Program-made: the position numbers and the translations under genes
Assembly: GCF_018350175.1 (NCBI RefSeq)
Contig: NC_058368.1
Location: 221,962,001-222,026,000 of the forward strand
Direction: 5' to 3'
DNA length: 64,000 nucleotides
From: Felis catus
Lineage: Eukaryota
The notes under the pieces: generated by a model
What the model was told of the DNA's origin: nothing
Databases searched by the model: none
What the model saw: only the letters and a program-made list of their open reading frames with translations
Shown: in pieces, positions 49,841-63,689 of the stretch
Numbering within the stretch: the first letter of the stretch is position 1
Layout of the letters: every line of letters begins with the position of its first letter

Positions 49841-51635
49841 TGAAATAAACATTTGAAGTGTGAAAAAAATATAGTGTTAGAGAAAAATAATTAAAGAAAT
49901 CCACAAGATTCAGCAACAGATAGCCCAACTTCATAAAAATAACTATAAAATAAATGTTTAAAGATTTTAAAATCAGGCAAAAATTGAAAATATGTAAGTT
50001 TAATAAATTATTTTTCAAAAATATATTAAAGACTTTTATCTCACAAAGAAAATCAGCAACCCAAAAAATAAGAAAGTAGATAGATAGCTTAAATGTTCCT
50101 AATTGTGTAGATTTTTAACAGAAAATGAAGACTAATATGCACTAGTCTACATACATGTTTCAAAGTGTAGATTAAATTAAGGATTATTAGGAAAATGTAA
50201 GATTTTCTAATAATAAAGGGCAAATATTAGCAAGAAAAATTTTGAAATTCAAAAATTAACTTTAGAAGTATCATCAACATCAAAGAGCTTTAGAGTCTAG
50301 ACCAGCAATTTTTATATGTATTTATATATTATGTGTATATATATTTACATTTCATGTATCATTACATGTGTTATATAGTTTTATGTATTTAGATTTTATA
50401 ATTCTCATTATTATACATAATATACCATAAACATAAAGCTGATTAAAGGCTTTTTATCTTATTTAGTAATCTGGAATAACTGCATGACCTAAGTCTAGTA
50501 ATACTAATGCGACAAAGGATACTCCAGATTAACTCTCATGAGGAATATAGACGCGAAACTTCTGAATGAAAGCTGTAGGATTTAAAGTACTTATTAAGGA
50601 ATGCTGAAATGTGATCAATTTACCTTGCTTTGGAAGAGACATTGGAGAGACTTTTAAAATTCATCATATCACACAACTCTGTTAGAACTTTTGAAAGGAC
50701 AGGGTAAACATGAGTTTTCTAAAAATGTGAGTTACCATAACCCAGTAATGAAGGCTGAATTTCGTCTCTCTCAATATTCCCCTCCCGTAAGTTCCTTGGG
50801 TCATGAAAGAGTGGAAGACATCCTGCAAACCCTCAGTATGTGCTTGTGCGATGAGTTAGTAAATGAATGAGTCGAATAATAAATGAAAAATAACTAAAGA
50901 AACACGGCTTATAGAACAGAAGACAGTTCTTTCAACTTAATGGCTTTCAGACAAAAGTATTTTAAGAATTTTTTGCCTTGACCAATTTTACAATGTGTTT
51001 GACTTCTTTCAAGCCCATACTGTCAGTTTTTATTATTTACTCCTTTTGTTCATATGGACTCTAATTATGAGGGGAAAACCCAATAATATATGTTCTGTTC
51101 AGTTTTGTAATTATCCATTTCTTTCCTACATTTAACCATGAAGTTATAGCTTTCTAGCGTCCAACATGTACCAACTTTAAAAATATGTATAGTATTCCAA
51201 TGTTTGTGTTTAAAAATATTTTCCTGGGATTTATTTTATTGTGGCTCATGAAGCAACAATGTATCATTAATCATTAAAAACATCCTTAGGAATAATCCAA
51301 GATTAATAAATATTCTATCAAATCTGGTGCTTTCATGATATTTTGTGAAATTCTAGTGTACTTTAGTGCCTACTAATACTGTATATGAATATATTATTAG
51401 AAACTAGTCACACACATGGGAGAATATATGTATTTGCTACCTAAAAGATTCAGTCTTACAGGTTGTACGTATTACCTTCAGGGGCAATAAATATCTTGGT
51501 TAAATATCTTACCCTTGTTAAGACATTGGATGTCAGGCTGCACTACCCTTATAGTACTGTATATATTCCATCACCAACCCCAGAAGTAATTATTTGTAAT
51601 TTTAATGTGCATCTTCATTGATTTTTAAAACTGCA

Positions 51636-51830
51636 CATCACCTGGGTGGCTCATTTTGTTGAGTGTCTGAGCTCAGGTATGATGTCACAGTTTGTGAGTT
51701 GGAGCTCCACCCGGGGTTTTGTGTTGACAGTGTGGAGCCTGCTTCAGATTCTCTGTTTCCCTCTCTCTGTGCCCCTCCCCTGCTCCCCTTTCTCTCTCTC
51801 TCTCTCAAAATAAACAAATGTTAAAAAAAT
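51636..51830 (+). mobile_element. CanSINE
   Basis: cacctgggtggctca..(CT)n aaaataaac. Confidence 0.92.
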
Positions 51831-52116
51831 ATTTAAACTGTGTTTGTATTTCTATACAGGTACCTCTTGGAAATATATAGTACTATTTTTCTATTATTCT
51901 GTTTATAAAAGTATTATCTTCTTTTCAACATAAATAATACGGTTTCTAAGGAAAAACATGTTTTAGCATATAAATTCAGCAACCTGTGTTTTTTCAATCA
52001 CCCGTTTTCTCAGAAAAATGTTACCTCCCAGAAGAATGAGGTGCTTCATTCTTTGTGGTATGTATTATTTTTAAAGCAGCTCTCTGCACACATTCATTAG
52101 ATTTTCTAGTCTTTCA

Positions 52117-52120
<4 letters not shown>

Positions 52121-52172
<52 letters not shown>
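52121..52172. repeat. (TA)n microsatellite
   Basis: Direct read. Confidence 0.98.
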
Positions 52173-52176
<4 letters not shown>

Positions 52177-53359
52177 CTAAATAATTTGAATTTATATAAT
52201 GTCATTGCACTCCAATTTTGAAGTGATATTTTCTGTGCTTACTTTTAAGAAAACATCTCAGTTTGAATATTTAAATTTTCAGTTACTGAAAGATAGTTAT
52301 AAAAACACTGATCATCCTTCATTGATTATATACTCTTCTTCCGGTATTATAGAATGGGGGTAAGCATGTATAATTTTATTTGACAAACTGTAAGAAGTCT
52401 GAGACATAGAAAAAGCTACTCTTATGTCAATACTGTAGAGGAGAAAACTGAGGGTCAGAGATTACTACCACGACGTGTGCGTGGTCACAGAACTCCTGAG
52501 CTACACAAGAGTCTGTAAGTCCAGGCCTCCTGATGCAAGGTCCCTATGGTTAAATATCACACTATTCGTCTCAAATGCTAAAACCTAACCTTGTTTTCTA
52601 AAAACTTGGTTGAATTTTTCTTTTTATATTACCATTTTGTCTTGTAAAAGTGTCAGCCTTGCCTGAAGCATGGGCTTATGCAGAGCTCTGGGCTTCTAGA
52701 ACAGTATTATTCAATATTTCTGAGTCCTAAAACAGAATATCGTCTTGGTAGTTTCCATGTATTATCTGCTAAGGGAATATCAACAGACAGTTGAGTCATT
52801 TCTTTTGGATATATTACATTTGATATATGATGTATTTTGATATAATATGCTAACTAGGCTTTGTTGAAAAGCCTGTAGCAATATTCTTTAATAGAGACTA
52901 ATGTGTATGATCACAGGAGAATGAAAATGTAAGGGCAACATGCAAAGGAATATATGGCCACCAGTAGCATTTAGTAACCAGTTAATATTCCAAGGAAAGC
53001 GCTCTTATATTGCACTGGCATTGATCAGCATGTAATAGATTAGATGGAGGTTCAGTCATCAACTTGGAAGATCATTAAATAAAGGGGTTGGGATATGCAA
53101 CCTGAAGTTCAACTTCCCTTCGGTGGATGGAATTGGTTAGCACTACAAAGAGCAACATTCAGTGCAATACTCAAAGGCATAAGATGTTCCAATTTCCAGA
53201 TTCTTTAGTGACATACAGAGAGCACATCGGCAATTAACCCAATTTGCTTTCAGTTTTCAAAAGATAATTGGCAACAGTGAAATATATCTTCATAATATTT
53301 TTAAAAATTCTTTTTATATATCTCTTAAAGCATCCTTTCTCTATTTCAACCTAAATTTC

Positions 53360-53580
53360 CCAACATTTTATTATGAAAATGCTCAAACATACAGAAAATG
53401 TGATAGAATTTTACAGAGAACGTCCATAAACCTGCCACCTCGACCTGACCTTTGTCCCATATCTGCTTTCTCTGTCTGCCTTTCTGCCCTTCTGCCTATC
53501 AATCCTCATTTCTTAATTGTGGATGCCATTCAGAGTAAGTTGCAGCATCAGTATACTTCCTCCTACATACGTCAACCCAA
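53360..53580 (-). mobile_element. Old L1 3' UTR fragment
   Basis: attttattatgaaaatgctcaaacatacagaaaa..tcagagtaagttgcagcatcagtatacttc. Confidence 0.65.
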
Positions 53581-54584
53581 GATATATTTTTTATGTGGAA
53601 AAACAGAAAGCACTACTTTGTTTACTTTTGTTTCTTTCAGAAATAAGAATTTTTAAAACTTAAACAGTTTCGGTACCGTTATCTGTTCATCCCTTCAAAT
53701 TAATGCAGCTCCACCACTGCCGTGATGTATAAGTAATAAGGCTTGTAAAAGGAAATGGCTGTTGTTGTTTCTGACCATGCATAACATGTCTAAATTAAAA
53801 ACACGGTTGTAAACTGGGGATGCTGTCACCTTAGCTGCAGCTCAGCAGGCAAATGTAATTCATAAATCCTTCTGCAGTGCAGCCTAAGACCTCATCTCAA
53901 AGCACGCACAGCCTCGTCATGGAAACCTTTTAATTGCCTTCTTCAACCGCAAGTGAGATGTCTAGGGCAGCAGGCAGAAGTATACATCAGGGGTCTGCAG
54001 TGTCATTTTGGCGACCTTTCCGGGAACAGCACAGCAATCCGAGCTGCTGATAATCTCAGACACTTAGGGTTTTAATCCAACAACTTTCCTGGAGGCAGCA
54101 GTTAAATCAAACGTTGCTGAACATGCCAGATTGGAATTGTTTCTGTCTAAAAAAGACTATAGTTGAACTAGGAAGACCATGCTTTTGTATGGACGCTGTG
54201 TTCATTTTGAGAAAACTTACTATTGCTTGGGTTTCTCGTTTCTTTATTTTTAAAATCTGTGTCCTAATTTTAGCTACTTTTTTTTGCCTTCTCATCCATC
54301 TATTTCTACTGAGGCTTAAAAATGCTAAGACCCATTCATTCATTTCTAAATGACTGAGTTATAAATGGATTTGCCCCTTGTGCAAATCAACATGGTGGCC
54401 ACAGAGGAGACAAAAATAAACTGCCCTTGAGGAATTTATACTTTTTAAACTAAATACGTAAGCAGTGGTATATAAAATCTTTAGTTAAAATTTATCCTTG
54501 CAATAATTAGCAACTAGGCATTATAAGATAAATAATAATGCCTGCATATAGAAAATTTTATTATTCTTGATTAGATAGGGATGA

Positions 54585-54820
54585 TTTTTATTTATTTACT
54601 TATCTATTTACTGATTGATTGGTGTTTATTTATTTATTTTGGGAGACAGTGAGAGAGAGCGAGTGGGGAGGGGCAGACAGACCGGGAGAGACAGAATCCC
54701 AAGCATGCTCTGGACTGTCAGCACAGAGCCTGACATGGGGCTTGAATTCATGATCCGAGATCATGACGTGAGCCAAAATCAAGAGTCAGATGTTCAACCG
54801 ACTGAGCCACCCAAACACCC
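54585..54820 (-). mobile_element. CanSINE
   Basis: Antisense body. Confidence 0.94.
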
Positions 54821-55659
54821 TGATATGAATGGGTTTTGAAAAATCCAGTATTCACATTTGAAAAAAAGAAAAAAATTTGTCTTCACTTTATTTTGTTTTG
54901 CCTTCTAGAAACTTTCTAATTAATTATAAAATAATGATATGATAAATAATAATGGTGTGATAACAACATAATAAAATGATGAAATAAATAGTAAATAATA
55001 AAATAATAGTAATGATAATTTCATGTGTGACTTTGTAGATTAGCCTCGAGAAGGTGATATACAGTTTAGGTAGCTAGATCACTAATTTGACTTTGGGATT
55101 TCTGGTTGTTCATAGAAAATAGGAAGAGATTAGGAATGTGATTTCTAACATATACAATTCAAGAAAAGCTGAATAAGAGACAGAATTGCAATTCCAGAGT
55201 CATTTAATGATATCTCCCATCATTCTTAAGAAGTAAAATGGTGTAAATTAACTATTAAATTATATACAGCAAATTAGCAAAGAGTAAGGTCAATAACATT
55301 TCATAAATAAACACCAGAATTACAAAGCTATTTTTTTTAATCTCTCAAATTTGGCACATGTCACTGAAGTAATTATAGTTCAATAAAAACAATTCTATGT
55401 TAGGCAAAACAATGTGTTTGAAATTATATGTAATTTAAATTAAATCTGAGTTCACATGAAGCTGATTATCACCATGGTGTTACATTAATAAAAAGATCAA
55501 TCCAAAACCACAGAAGATGAAAAAATACTAAAGTCCCCTGAAGAAAATTAAAGTAAGTACAAATTATAACACTCAGTCCTAGTTTGTTAGGTCTCCTTTT
55601 CTCCCAGATGCATGCTGGACTACAGTATTCTAGAAATTCTTGAGTTCCATTCCTCATAA

Positions 55660-55883
55660 TTAAAAAAATATATTTGAAATTTATCTATTTATTTTGATAG
55701 AGACAGAGACAACACACGAGCAGTTAAGGGACAGACAGAAAAGAAAAGAGAGAGAACCCTAAACAGGCTCCACGCTATCAGCACAGAGCGTGACATGGGG
55801 CTCAAACTCGTGGAACTGTGAGATCATAACCTGAGCTAAAACCAAGGGTTGGAAGCATAACCGACTGAGCCACCCAGGCACCA
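55660..55883 (-). mobile_element. CanSINE
   Basis: Antisense body ending gccacccaggcacc. Confidence 0.93.
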
Positions 55884-56517
55884 CACCATTCTTTGCAATT
55901 TTATCATCTACCTTCATTTCTTCACACATATCAAAAAACATCACCAATAATAGTATCTGTAAGACCTTGCAACCTCCAAGATCTATCCCACTCATGTTGA
56001 GACTGCTAAACATCAATGCATGTCTGTAACATATGATACCTATGATAATGTTTTCATCTTGATCTCTGGGATTCCTTGAACTATAGTTTTACTTTTTCAA
56101 GATACCAATAATGATTAGCCTCCACCCACACAGAGAGCTTCCAAAATTTATATAATCAAAAGCCCCATTATGAGATTCATTTCTGAGGAAATCTAGTTTC
56201 CATCTACTGGGCAAATCTGAATCCTTGGCATGCTCCCACCATTTGAAGTGATAGCTACCATCTGCTACTAATATTCTCAGCCTGGTTGTAATAAAAACAT
56301 AAGATTCTTCTGGAGAACTATTCCTCTCAAAGTTAAGTCCCAGTTGGCTAAGTCTGTAACCATAAGCCACACCCCTTACCAAAGTGATTGTTACAACAAT
56401 GAACAAGTAAAATGTTTGCTGAGCTAGGGAAAAGAGACATGTTATGGTCATATGTCAACTACATTCTACTCACGTGCTATGTTGTGGGACTTGTACAGAT
56501 GAATAGAGACCCTTAAT

Positions 56518-56521
<4 letters not shown>

Positions 56522-56558
<37 letters not shown>
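56522..56558. repeat. (CA)n microsatellite
   Basis: Direct read. Confidence 0.98.
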
Positions 56559-56561
<3 letters not shown>

Positions 56562-56904
56562 TTTAGACTGGTTTGGAAAAGTCCACAAACATAGTTCAAT
56601 ATACATTTCCAATTTGAAGTCAGGAGAGTTTTTGGACTTTCCAATTTGTTGGCTTTCTCTAATACCACAAAAGTCTGATTGTCCACTTGAAATATTGATT
56701 ATAAATTGTATATTATCTCTCAAAATGCAGGTTATATGTCAAGGCATTGCTTTAAGATCATACTGACTTTGTAATTGATTTCAAGAATCCCAATATCTCA
56801 TGTGTAATTGCCCCTCATGTCTTTAAAATTTTGAATACAATTCTTGGGCAGTAATAGTGGAAATTAACTTTTTATTCAGGTCAGGGATGATGATTCTTCA
56901 AATT

Positions 56905-57103
56905 GTTTTTAAAATTTATTTATTTTTGAGAGACAGAGACAGAGTGCAAGCCGGGAGGAACAGAGAGGAGACAGAATCCAAAGCAAGTTCCAGGCTCTGA
57001 GCTGTCAGCACAGAGCCTGATGCAGGGCTCGTACCCACGAAATGCAAGATCATGACCTGAGCTGAAGTCAGATCCTCAACCAACTGATCCACCGAGGTGC
57101 CCC
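56905..57103 (-). mobile_element. CanSINE
   Basis: Antisense body; TSD-like gattctt. Confidence 0.95.
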
Positions 57104-57637
57104 TAGGATTCTTTATCAAAGGCACAATGGAGTATTCATAAGGTGCAATTTAAGCTTCCATCTTACAGGTTGGGCTACAAAGTGAATCACATATAAACTT
57201 TTGTAAAAGTAATAGTCCAGTCAAAAAATAAGGATTACAGCTTTTACTGGCATCTCTTACAAACAAACAGACACACAAAAATCGGTTGGTTTTCCCTTCC
57301 TATAGCCACTCCATTCTCACACCTGGCCTTTCCATACTCCTTCATACTATACAGATAAAAGACAGAAACAAGAGCAAAAATCATAAACATGAGAAAACTC
57401 CACCCTTCTTAGCCCCTCAACACCCAAATCACAGCACTGGGAGGGGAATGCCAGGGCATCCTTGACTGACATAGTTTTCTTTTGCTTTAATTCCATTTTC
57501 TATTGGATTTTCTCAGTATCCAAACACCCTTCAGTCCTTTCGGTTATTATTTGTCCCAATCAAGGTTTTTAAGGTTATTGAGAAACACTGAGCACAAAGT
57601 AAATATTATTTTTTCTAAAGTAAATATTATTTTTTCT

Positions 57638-57831
57638 AAGTATGTATTTATTTTGAGAGAAAGAATGCATGAAAACAAGGGGAGGGGCAGAGAGAGAGGG
57701 AGAGAGAGAATCCCAAGCAGTCTCCAGGCTCAGCATAGAGCCCAGCCCGGGTTTCCATCTCATGACTGTGAGATTGTGACCTGAGCCGAAACCGACTCCA
57801 ATGCTTAACTGACACAACCAGCCAGCCTTCC
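57638..57831 (-). mobile_element. CanSINE
   Basis: TSD caaagtaaatatt 57595-607/57832-44. Confidence 0.93.
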
Positions 57832-58885
57832 CAAAGTAAATATTCTTATCAAATACTTAGAGTGTGGATATTCTGTTTTCAGAAGAACTGTAGACCAATA
57901 CGGTACTAGCTGACAGAACAGGCAGGAAATACTCTGGTGACATTTATGAAATGATTCAGACAATTAATATTTCACCTAATGAAATAAATGACTCAGTCCT
58001 TGAAACTGAATATTTTGGCTATAGGTATATAGAAATGTACGCACATAGCTGTATCTGTTATATCTATTATCAAGTGGCATTGAGGGATGATTCTAGCTGT
58101 GTAGTAGCTACATAAAGGGCATCTGGCAGGGTGAGAGCAAATGTCTCAGTCTGCTGAAGAGTCTGGTTTGGGATGAAGGAATCCCTCCCAGTGGCTTTCT
58201 CCAGTTCAGCCAAATATGTGTCCATAAAATTTGTTTGAACAATGGATAATTTTGCAGTTCCAGAAATCACTGATTAAGGAATACTTAGAATAACGAGTAA
58301 CCCACTCACATATGTTAGAGAATGATGGATAGTGACAAAATCAGGTTAAATTGTACTATGCGAGCTGAGTCCGCAAGGATAAGAGAGGAACCAGCCAGGG
58401 TGGGAGGAAGAATGATGTAACACACAGCAAAACTACATAGCAAAGAAAATAAACCACAAGAAAATATGGAAATCATGGAGTATTAAAATCTGAGAATAGA
58501 CGCCGCCTCAGCACAAAGCCCTGAAATTGGTCTTCGTCTGAACTGAGTCAGAAGCAACAACAGGAGCATCCGTTCTTGACAGTGTCGAAGATATTTCTTC
58601 AGCCCAAATAAGGTTGAGGTGATGGAGACAATGTCCTGGGAAGGCCCATCTCCCGACAGAAACAGAATTGAGTCATAGACCTGAAAATGGATACCTGCAA
58701 GTGAGTTCTGTGCTATCGCAAGGAACACTCATACTTAATTTAATGCTGGGATGTTTTAAACAAGCAACACAAAGGGGAATTGAAAAGTAAGAGGATTGAA
58801 ATTCATAAATAGAAAAGTGCCCTCAAGTTTATTATGATGGCTGATTTCTCAACTTTGCAAGAAGACAGAAATTTCTCCTATGTCA

Positions 58886-58896
58886 TTTTTTAAAGT

Positions 58897-58927
<31 letters not shown>

Positions 58928-58939
58928 TTGTGTGTGTGT

Positions 58940-58987
<48 letters not shown>

Positions 58988-59122
58988 TCACAAGGAAGGG
59001 ACGGAGAGAGAGAGAGAGAGAGAGAATTCCAATCCCTCCTGTCAGCACAGAGCCCAGCATGGTGCTCAATTTCACTAACTGCAAGATCGTGACCTGAGGC
59101 GAAACCAAGAGTCAGGTGCTTA
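58886..59122 (-). mobile_element. CanSINE lacking its 5' tip, with (TG)n(GA)n expansion
   Basis: Antisense body stops at agtcaggtgctt. Confidence 0.9.
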
Positions 59123-59167
59123 TCCTACATTCCCTTATAAGATTTCATGTCTTAACATCACTCCTTT

Positions 59168-59374
59168 TTTTTTATTTTTAATGTTTATTTTTGAGAGAGA
59201 CAGATGGCATGAGAGGCAGGGGGGCAGAGAGAGAAGGAGACTCAGAATCTGAAGCAGGCTCCAGGCTCTGAGCTGTCAGCACAGAGCCCGATGTGGGGCT
59301 CAAACTCACGGAGTGCAAGATCATGACCTGAGCCGAAGTCAGCGGCTTAACCGACTGAGCCACCCAGGTGCCCC
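59168..59374 (-). mobile_element. CanSINE
   Basis: TSD aac(a/g)tcactccttt 59154-67/59375-88. Confidence 0.97.
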
Positions 59375-60564
59375 AACGTCACTCCTTTGACATGAAACCT
59401 CTAGCTATGATCATCAAAGTTCCACCATGCCATGGTAAATTTCTCTTAAGATTAAGTTCAAAGTAATGAACTCTTGACAACAGCAGAGGTGGGATGTTAC
59501 CTTGGCAAATGTGTGATCATGATGTTTTCCATTAATCCTTTTTCCCTCAGCTGCAGCAGAACCTCTGTTGTCTTCTTTGGTACCTGTAGGTACTTAAACA
59601 TGAGAAAGCTTGAAATGACTGCTTTCACTTGGTATTGGCTAGTTTATAAATGTGGTTGCTATAGGCACATTTTCATGTTATGTATGTGCTATTACTACTT
59701 TGGACTCTTTAAAAGCATGAGATATTGGAGATTCTTGTCATTGAAAGAAGAGCATGTCTGGGGGCCTGCTTGCACTGTACTTCTTCCCATGCAAGATATT
59801 CTAGGCCGTCTGGAAGAAAAAAATCTACCTAGACACAGAGAACCCTCTAGCTTGGCCTAACCAGATTAAAACTCTGAGAAGAACTGGTTTTGAACACTCC
59901 TTCCTTTGGCCTGTAATTAAAAAGGCAAATAATTTCATTTTGCACTTTAATATTTTGCATATTTCTATTTAAAACTTTGTATCTTAATTTTTTTTATATT
60001 TTAGCTCTCAAGAGGAATTTTATATTAATTTCAGCTTGGCAATTTGATAATGGGATGGAAATTATACTCAAACTCAGAGTATCTGAATGTTGGTCTTTTA
60101 TTATTGCACTATTTAGATATTAACATTGGATCTCATTGTAGTTCTTCTTTAAGCTATGTTGGACAATAAGACTAAGAATAATTCATAATGAGGATACTCT
60201 GGAAAATATTTAGACTTGATTACAGAGTAACATGGGAATTAATTTAATTATACATTTCTGATTCATTTCAGAACTTCCTGGCATGCAAAAAGGGGTACTC
60301 AGCCTTCTAGGTTCTAAGATGTTTCCAAAGGAGGAGTGATTGGAACAAAATTATGAGGTGAGATCAGAACTCTTTTGATAAAATGCTCATTCTTCCAAGG
60401 GATAGTCACAGTGCACTTGAGCATAATATTTATGTTTATAAATTTTGAGTTGAAAACAGTAACAAAAAGTTCATTTTTTGTTTGTCTGGTAATAAAGATG
60501 TTTCTTGTCTACTTCTGATAGTCTTTTTCCCCTGAAGGAGGGAATTCAACCAGTATAACACTCC

Positions 60565-60958
60565 TGTTATGGATTTAATCATATCCCCCAAATTCATGTT
60601 GAAGCTCTTAATCCCCAATGTGACTATATTTGGAAATAATTCTTTAGGGAGGCAATTAAGGTTAAACAGAGTCATAAGGGGGACTCCTAATCTGATAGCT
60701 CTAATGTCTTTATGAGAATAGGAAGAGATATCAAATACCCCCCCACTACCATCCCCCCCCACACACACACACAGAAAAGACCATGTGTGAATACAGCAAG
60801 AAATGCCATCTTAAACCCAAGAACTCATCAGAAACCAACCCTAGTGACACTTAGATTTTTGGACTTCTGGCCTCCAGAACTGTAAGAAAATAAACTTGTG
60901 TTGTTTAAGCCATCCAGCCTATGGTATTCTATTATGGCAGCCAGAGCAGACTAATATA
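60565..60958 (+). mobile_element. MLT1A-like solo LTR
   Basis: tgttatggatttaat..ccccaatgtgactatatttgga..ggacttctggcctccagaactgtaagaaaataaa..ggcagccagagcagactaata. Confidence 0.92.
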
Positions 60959-61172
60959 CTTACTGACCTGTAATGTGTTTCCTCAAAGACCTTAACAATG
61001 GGCTGCACAAATGCCAACTAATGAGATAATTGTACAGAACTCTCAGGTTTTCTATCCAAAGCTTATAAACGTTAAAAAAGGAGTATTGATACCTTATTTA
61101 CAAGAATGTGTCAAGGTTCTGTTGACCAAAAAAACTATATCTCCTGCCTCAGAATAAAGTCAATTTTGAAAA

Positions 61173-61220
61173 TGTGTGTGTGTATGTGTGTGTGTGTGTG
61201 CATGTGTGTGTGTGTGTGTG
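61173..61220. repeat. Imperfect (TG)n microsatellite
   Basis: Direct read. Confidence 0.95.
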
Positions 61221-61364
61221 TTACTGCCTTATACATCTGTGATATGAGGCTGTTTAGAGTTACATGGTTTCAGAAACCAACTGAACAATATTTACCAGTT
61301 TGAGGGGTCCACAGTGACTTGCATCTATAGCTTCCTTTAACAACCTTTAAAAATCTACCCGATC

Positions 61365-61548
61365 TCAGGTAAAGTACGGACTTTGGGTGATTTATGACAT
61401 GTCAGTGTAAGTTTATCAATTACAACAAATGTATCCCTCTGGTGGGAGATGCTGATGATGGGGAGGCTAAGCATATGGGAGTCAAGAGGTCTATGGAAAG
61501 GCTCTGTACCTTCTGCTTAGCTTTGCTGCTCTGAAAACTGTTAAAAAA
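61365..61548 (+). mobile_element. L1 3' end fragment
   Basis: gtaaagtacggactttgggtgat..acaacaaatgtatccctctggtgggagatgctgat..ctctgtaccttctgct. Confidence 0.85.
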
Positions 61549-62539
61549 CAAGCTAATCCCACATATTACTAGCTTCACATAAAAAATGCATATTTTATGC
61601 TCAAAAATTTTAGGTGGCATCCCAGGACAACGGTCTTCTGGGAAGTGAGTCAGTGACCCATCCTGTTTTGATTTTGCCACAGTGTCATCTCAATAATGAG
61701 AATCTGTTTAATTACCACAGCATGACAAGAGACATATGGAAGGTTTCTCACATAAGTTGATGCTTTGCTTCAAACATGAAATACATAACTTTCAGTCAGA
61801 ACTTATTGGAGAGAATGAGCCAAACACATCCCCCCCCCCAATCAGGAAAAGAAAGTGAGATATGAGTGAGCAGTGGATATTATTTGGTCATCCCAGTGGT
61901 TCAATTACTATTTTTTGTCCTACATTAATAAGCTCAAACTGTAGATTAAACAATGCTCATGTAACCTTGAACCTGTAGTTGTTGGTGATTACTCTCTATG
62001 TGTCCTTCCTCCAAAATTGAATAAAATACATAGTGTTGGAGACCCTTTGATTTACCTTTAAAAGTGTTTACCTGTATCCTTAAGTTTGGACAAAACTCAT
62101 TCTGCTGTGCGATGTCACATGGCAGACAATGCCACAAACTCATGAATCATTAGAAAGAAGTGTTTCTAATTGCATCTACAGGAAGAGAGTCCCAGGAAAA
62201 TACTTGAGCCGGAAGCAAGTATACTTTCTTCACATACCTCTTCTTCATAAGACAGGTCCACTCACTTGCTAACTGCTACTGCGGCCAACTAGGTACCTTG
62301 AACTGCAAAAGGCGATAGGGAATTTCGATGTAATGCCTTTTCTCACAATGAACTTTTGTGAAAATTTCCCTAATTTAGCCCAGTGCTTCTTACTTATCAT
62401 ATGCAAAATACTAAACCAACATCAATATTTTAATTTGGTTTAAATAGCTCTGTGTATTTCAAAGCCTAGTATAACAGACTTTCTGCCCATTCTAGATTTA
62501 CCCACCCCTTGAATAATGTGACTGAATTAAATAAATATT

Positions 62540-63000
62540 ATTATCTAGGATTAGGCTCAGTTTCTCCCTCTCCCACCCCCACCCCCCCCCACCCCGGAAA
62601 TTTAAAGTCTCATTCATTTAAAGGCACAGTACTTTATTCTTTCACACAAAAGCCATCTGGAGGGAAGTAGTCTAGGGCAGGTATGAAGATTCCAAAAATT
62701 CATTAGTTGTTTTAGAAATTCCAGTTATCCTCACTCTCTTCCTTAAATAGTAAACCGTATCCCCAGGGACTAAGACTGCAAGGGAATGGAAGCCAGGGCA
62801 TCTGCATTCTAGGCCAACCTTGAATTAAAGATAAAGACAACCCTGTCCTTTTAAAGAAACATCTCACTGATTATAACGGTAATTATATGGATATAATTGC
62901 CAACAAGGCAGCGTATACAGCTGAATATTTGGGTTTCTCTTATTGAGGAGGTAAAGAATAGATATGTCGGTAGACAACCAAAAGTCTGCCACAGAGACCA
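62540..63000 (-). mobile_element. Old MLT1 (J/K-like) LTR
   Basis: ctaggattaggctcag..tttattctttcacacaaaagccatctggaggg..agtctagggcagg..ggaatggaagccaggg. Confidence 0.55.
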
Positions 63001-63689
63001 GTTAGAAGTTATGAAATTTTATTTGCATTATTTTTTGTTTTATTTTTTTTTAGTGATTGGGAATGCTGAACTTACTATTCTAAAAATTTTAGCTAACCAT
63101 GATCTTTATAATTGCATAAGAATCATAATAAATTTATGTAGGTAAATAAACTTTTAACTGTCTATATGGAACGTATCCGAGACCCACATATTCCTTGATG
63201 TTGTGCTATTACTTTTGCCTCAAATAACGATTTAATCTCCTTACATTTATATAACAAAAACAATCCACACAACATATTCTATGGAAGATAACTGAAATAC
63301 ATTAATAGATCACAGATGTGGAGAAGACAGAATATGTTTTCATTTCATGTAAGCATTTAGATACAAAAAGACGACACTATATCTTTCTGCCCTGTATAAA
63401 AGTATAGATATCTTTCAAGCAATTGTTTTAAAGTGATTTCTTGCACAGATCTGCTCTAAATATATCAGGATGCACAATATAATAGGTGGAGTTTAAACCT
63501 GGTAGCAAATGCTTGTTAAACAAATCTTCAGAATATTATTGTCAGATTAATATTCTTTTCTTTGTGGGAAAATGTGTCTATCTCTAAACATAGAACACAT
63601 AAGGGAATAAGTTAATGATATATTTGTAGATGCACTTGAGCCATGATATAATGTCCATCTTAAGGATTTCAATACACTGCATAACTATC

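Noticed and set aside
56089..56451. 120-aa minus ORF, and the 128-aa ORF at 59474-59860
   Set aside because: No recognisable domain or splice context; lengths are compatible with chance, and the first overlaps LTR-like sequence.
677..59363. Recurrent ORFs of the type MAQSVK..TSAQVMI..GSVLTAQSLEPASDSVSPSLSAPP
   Set aside because: These are translations of CanSINE copies, not a gene family.
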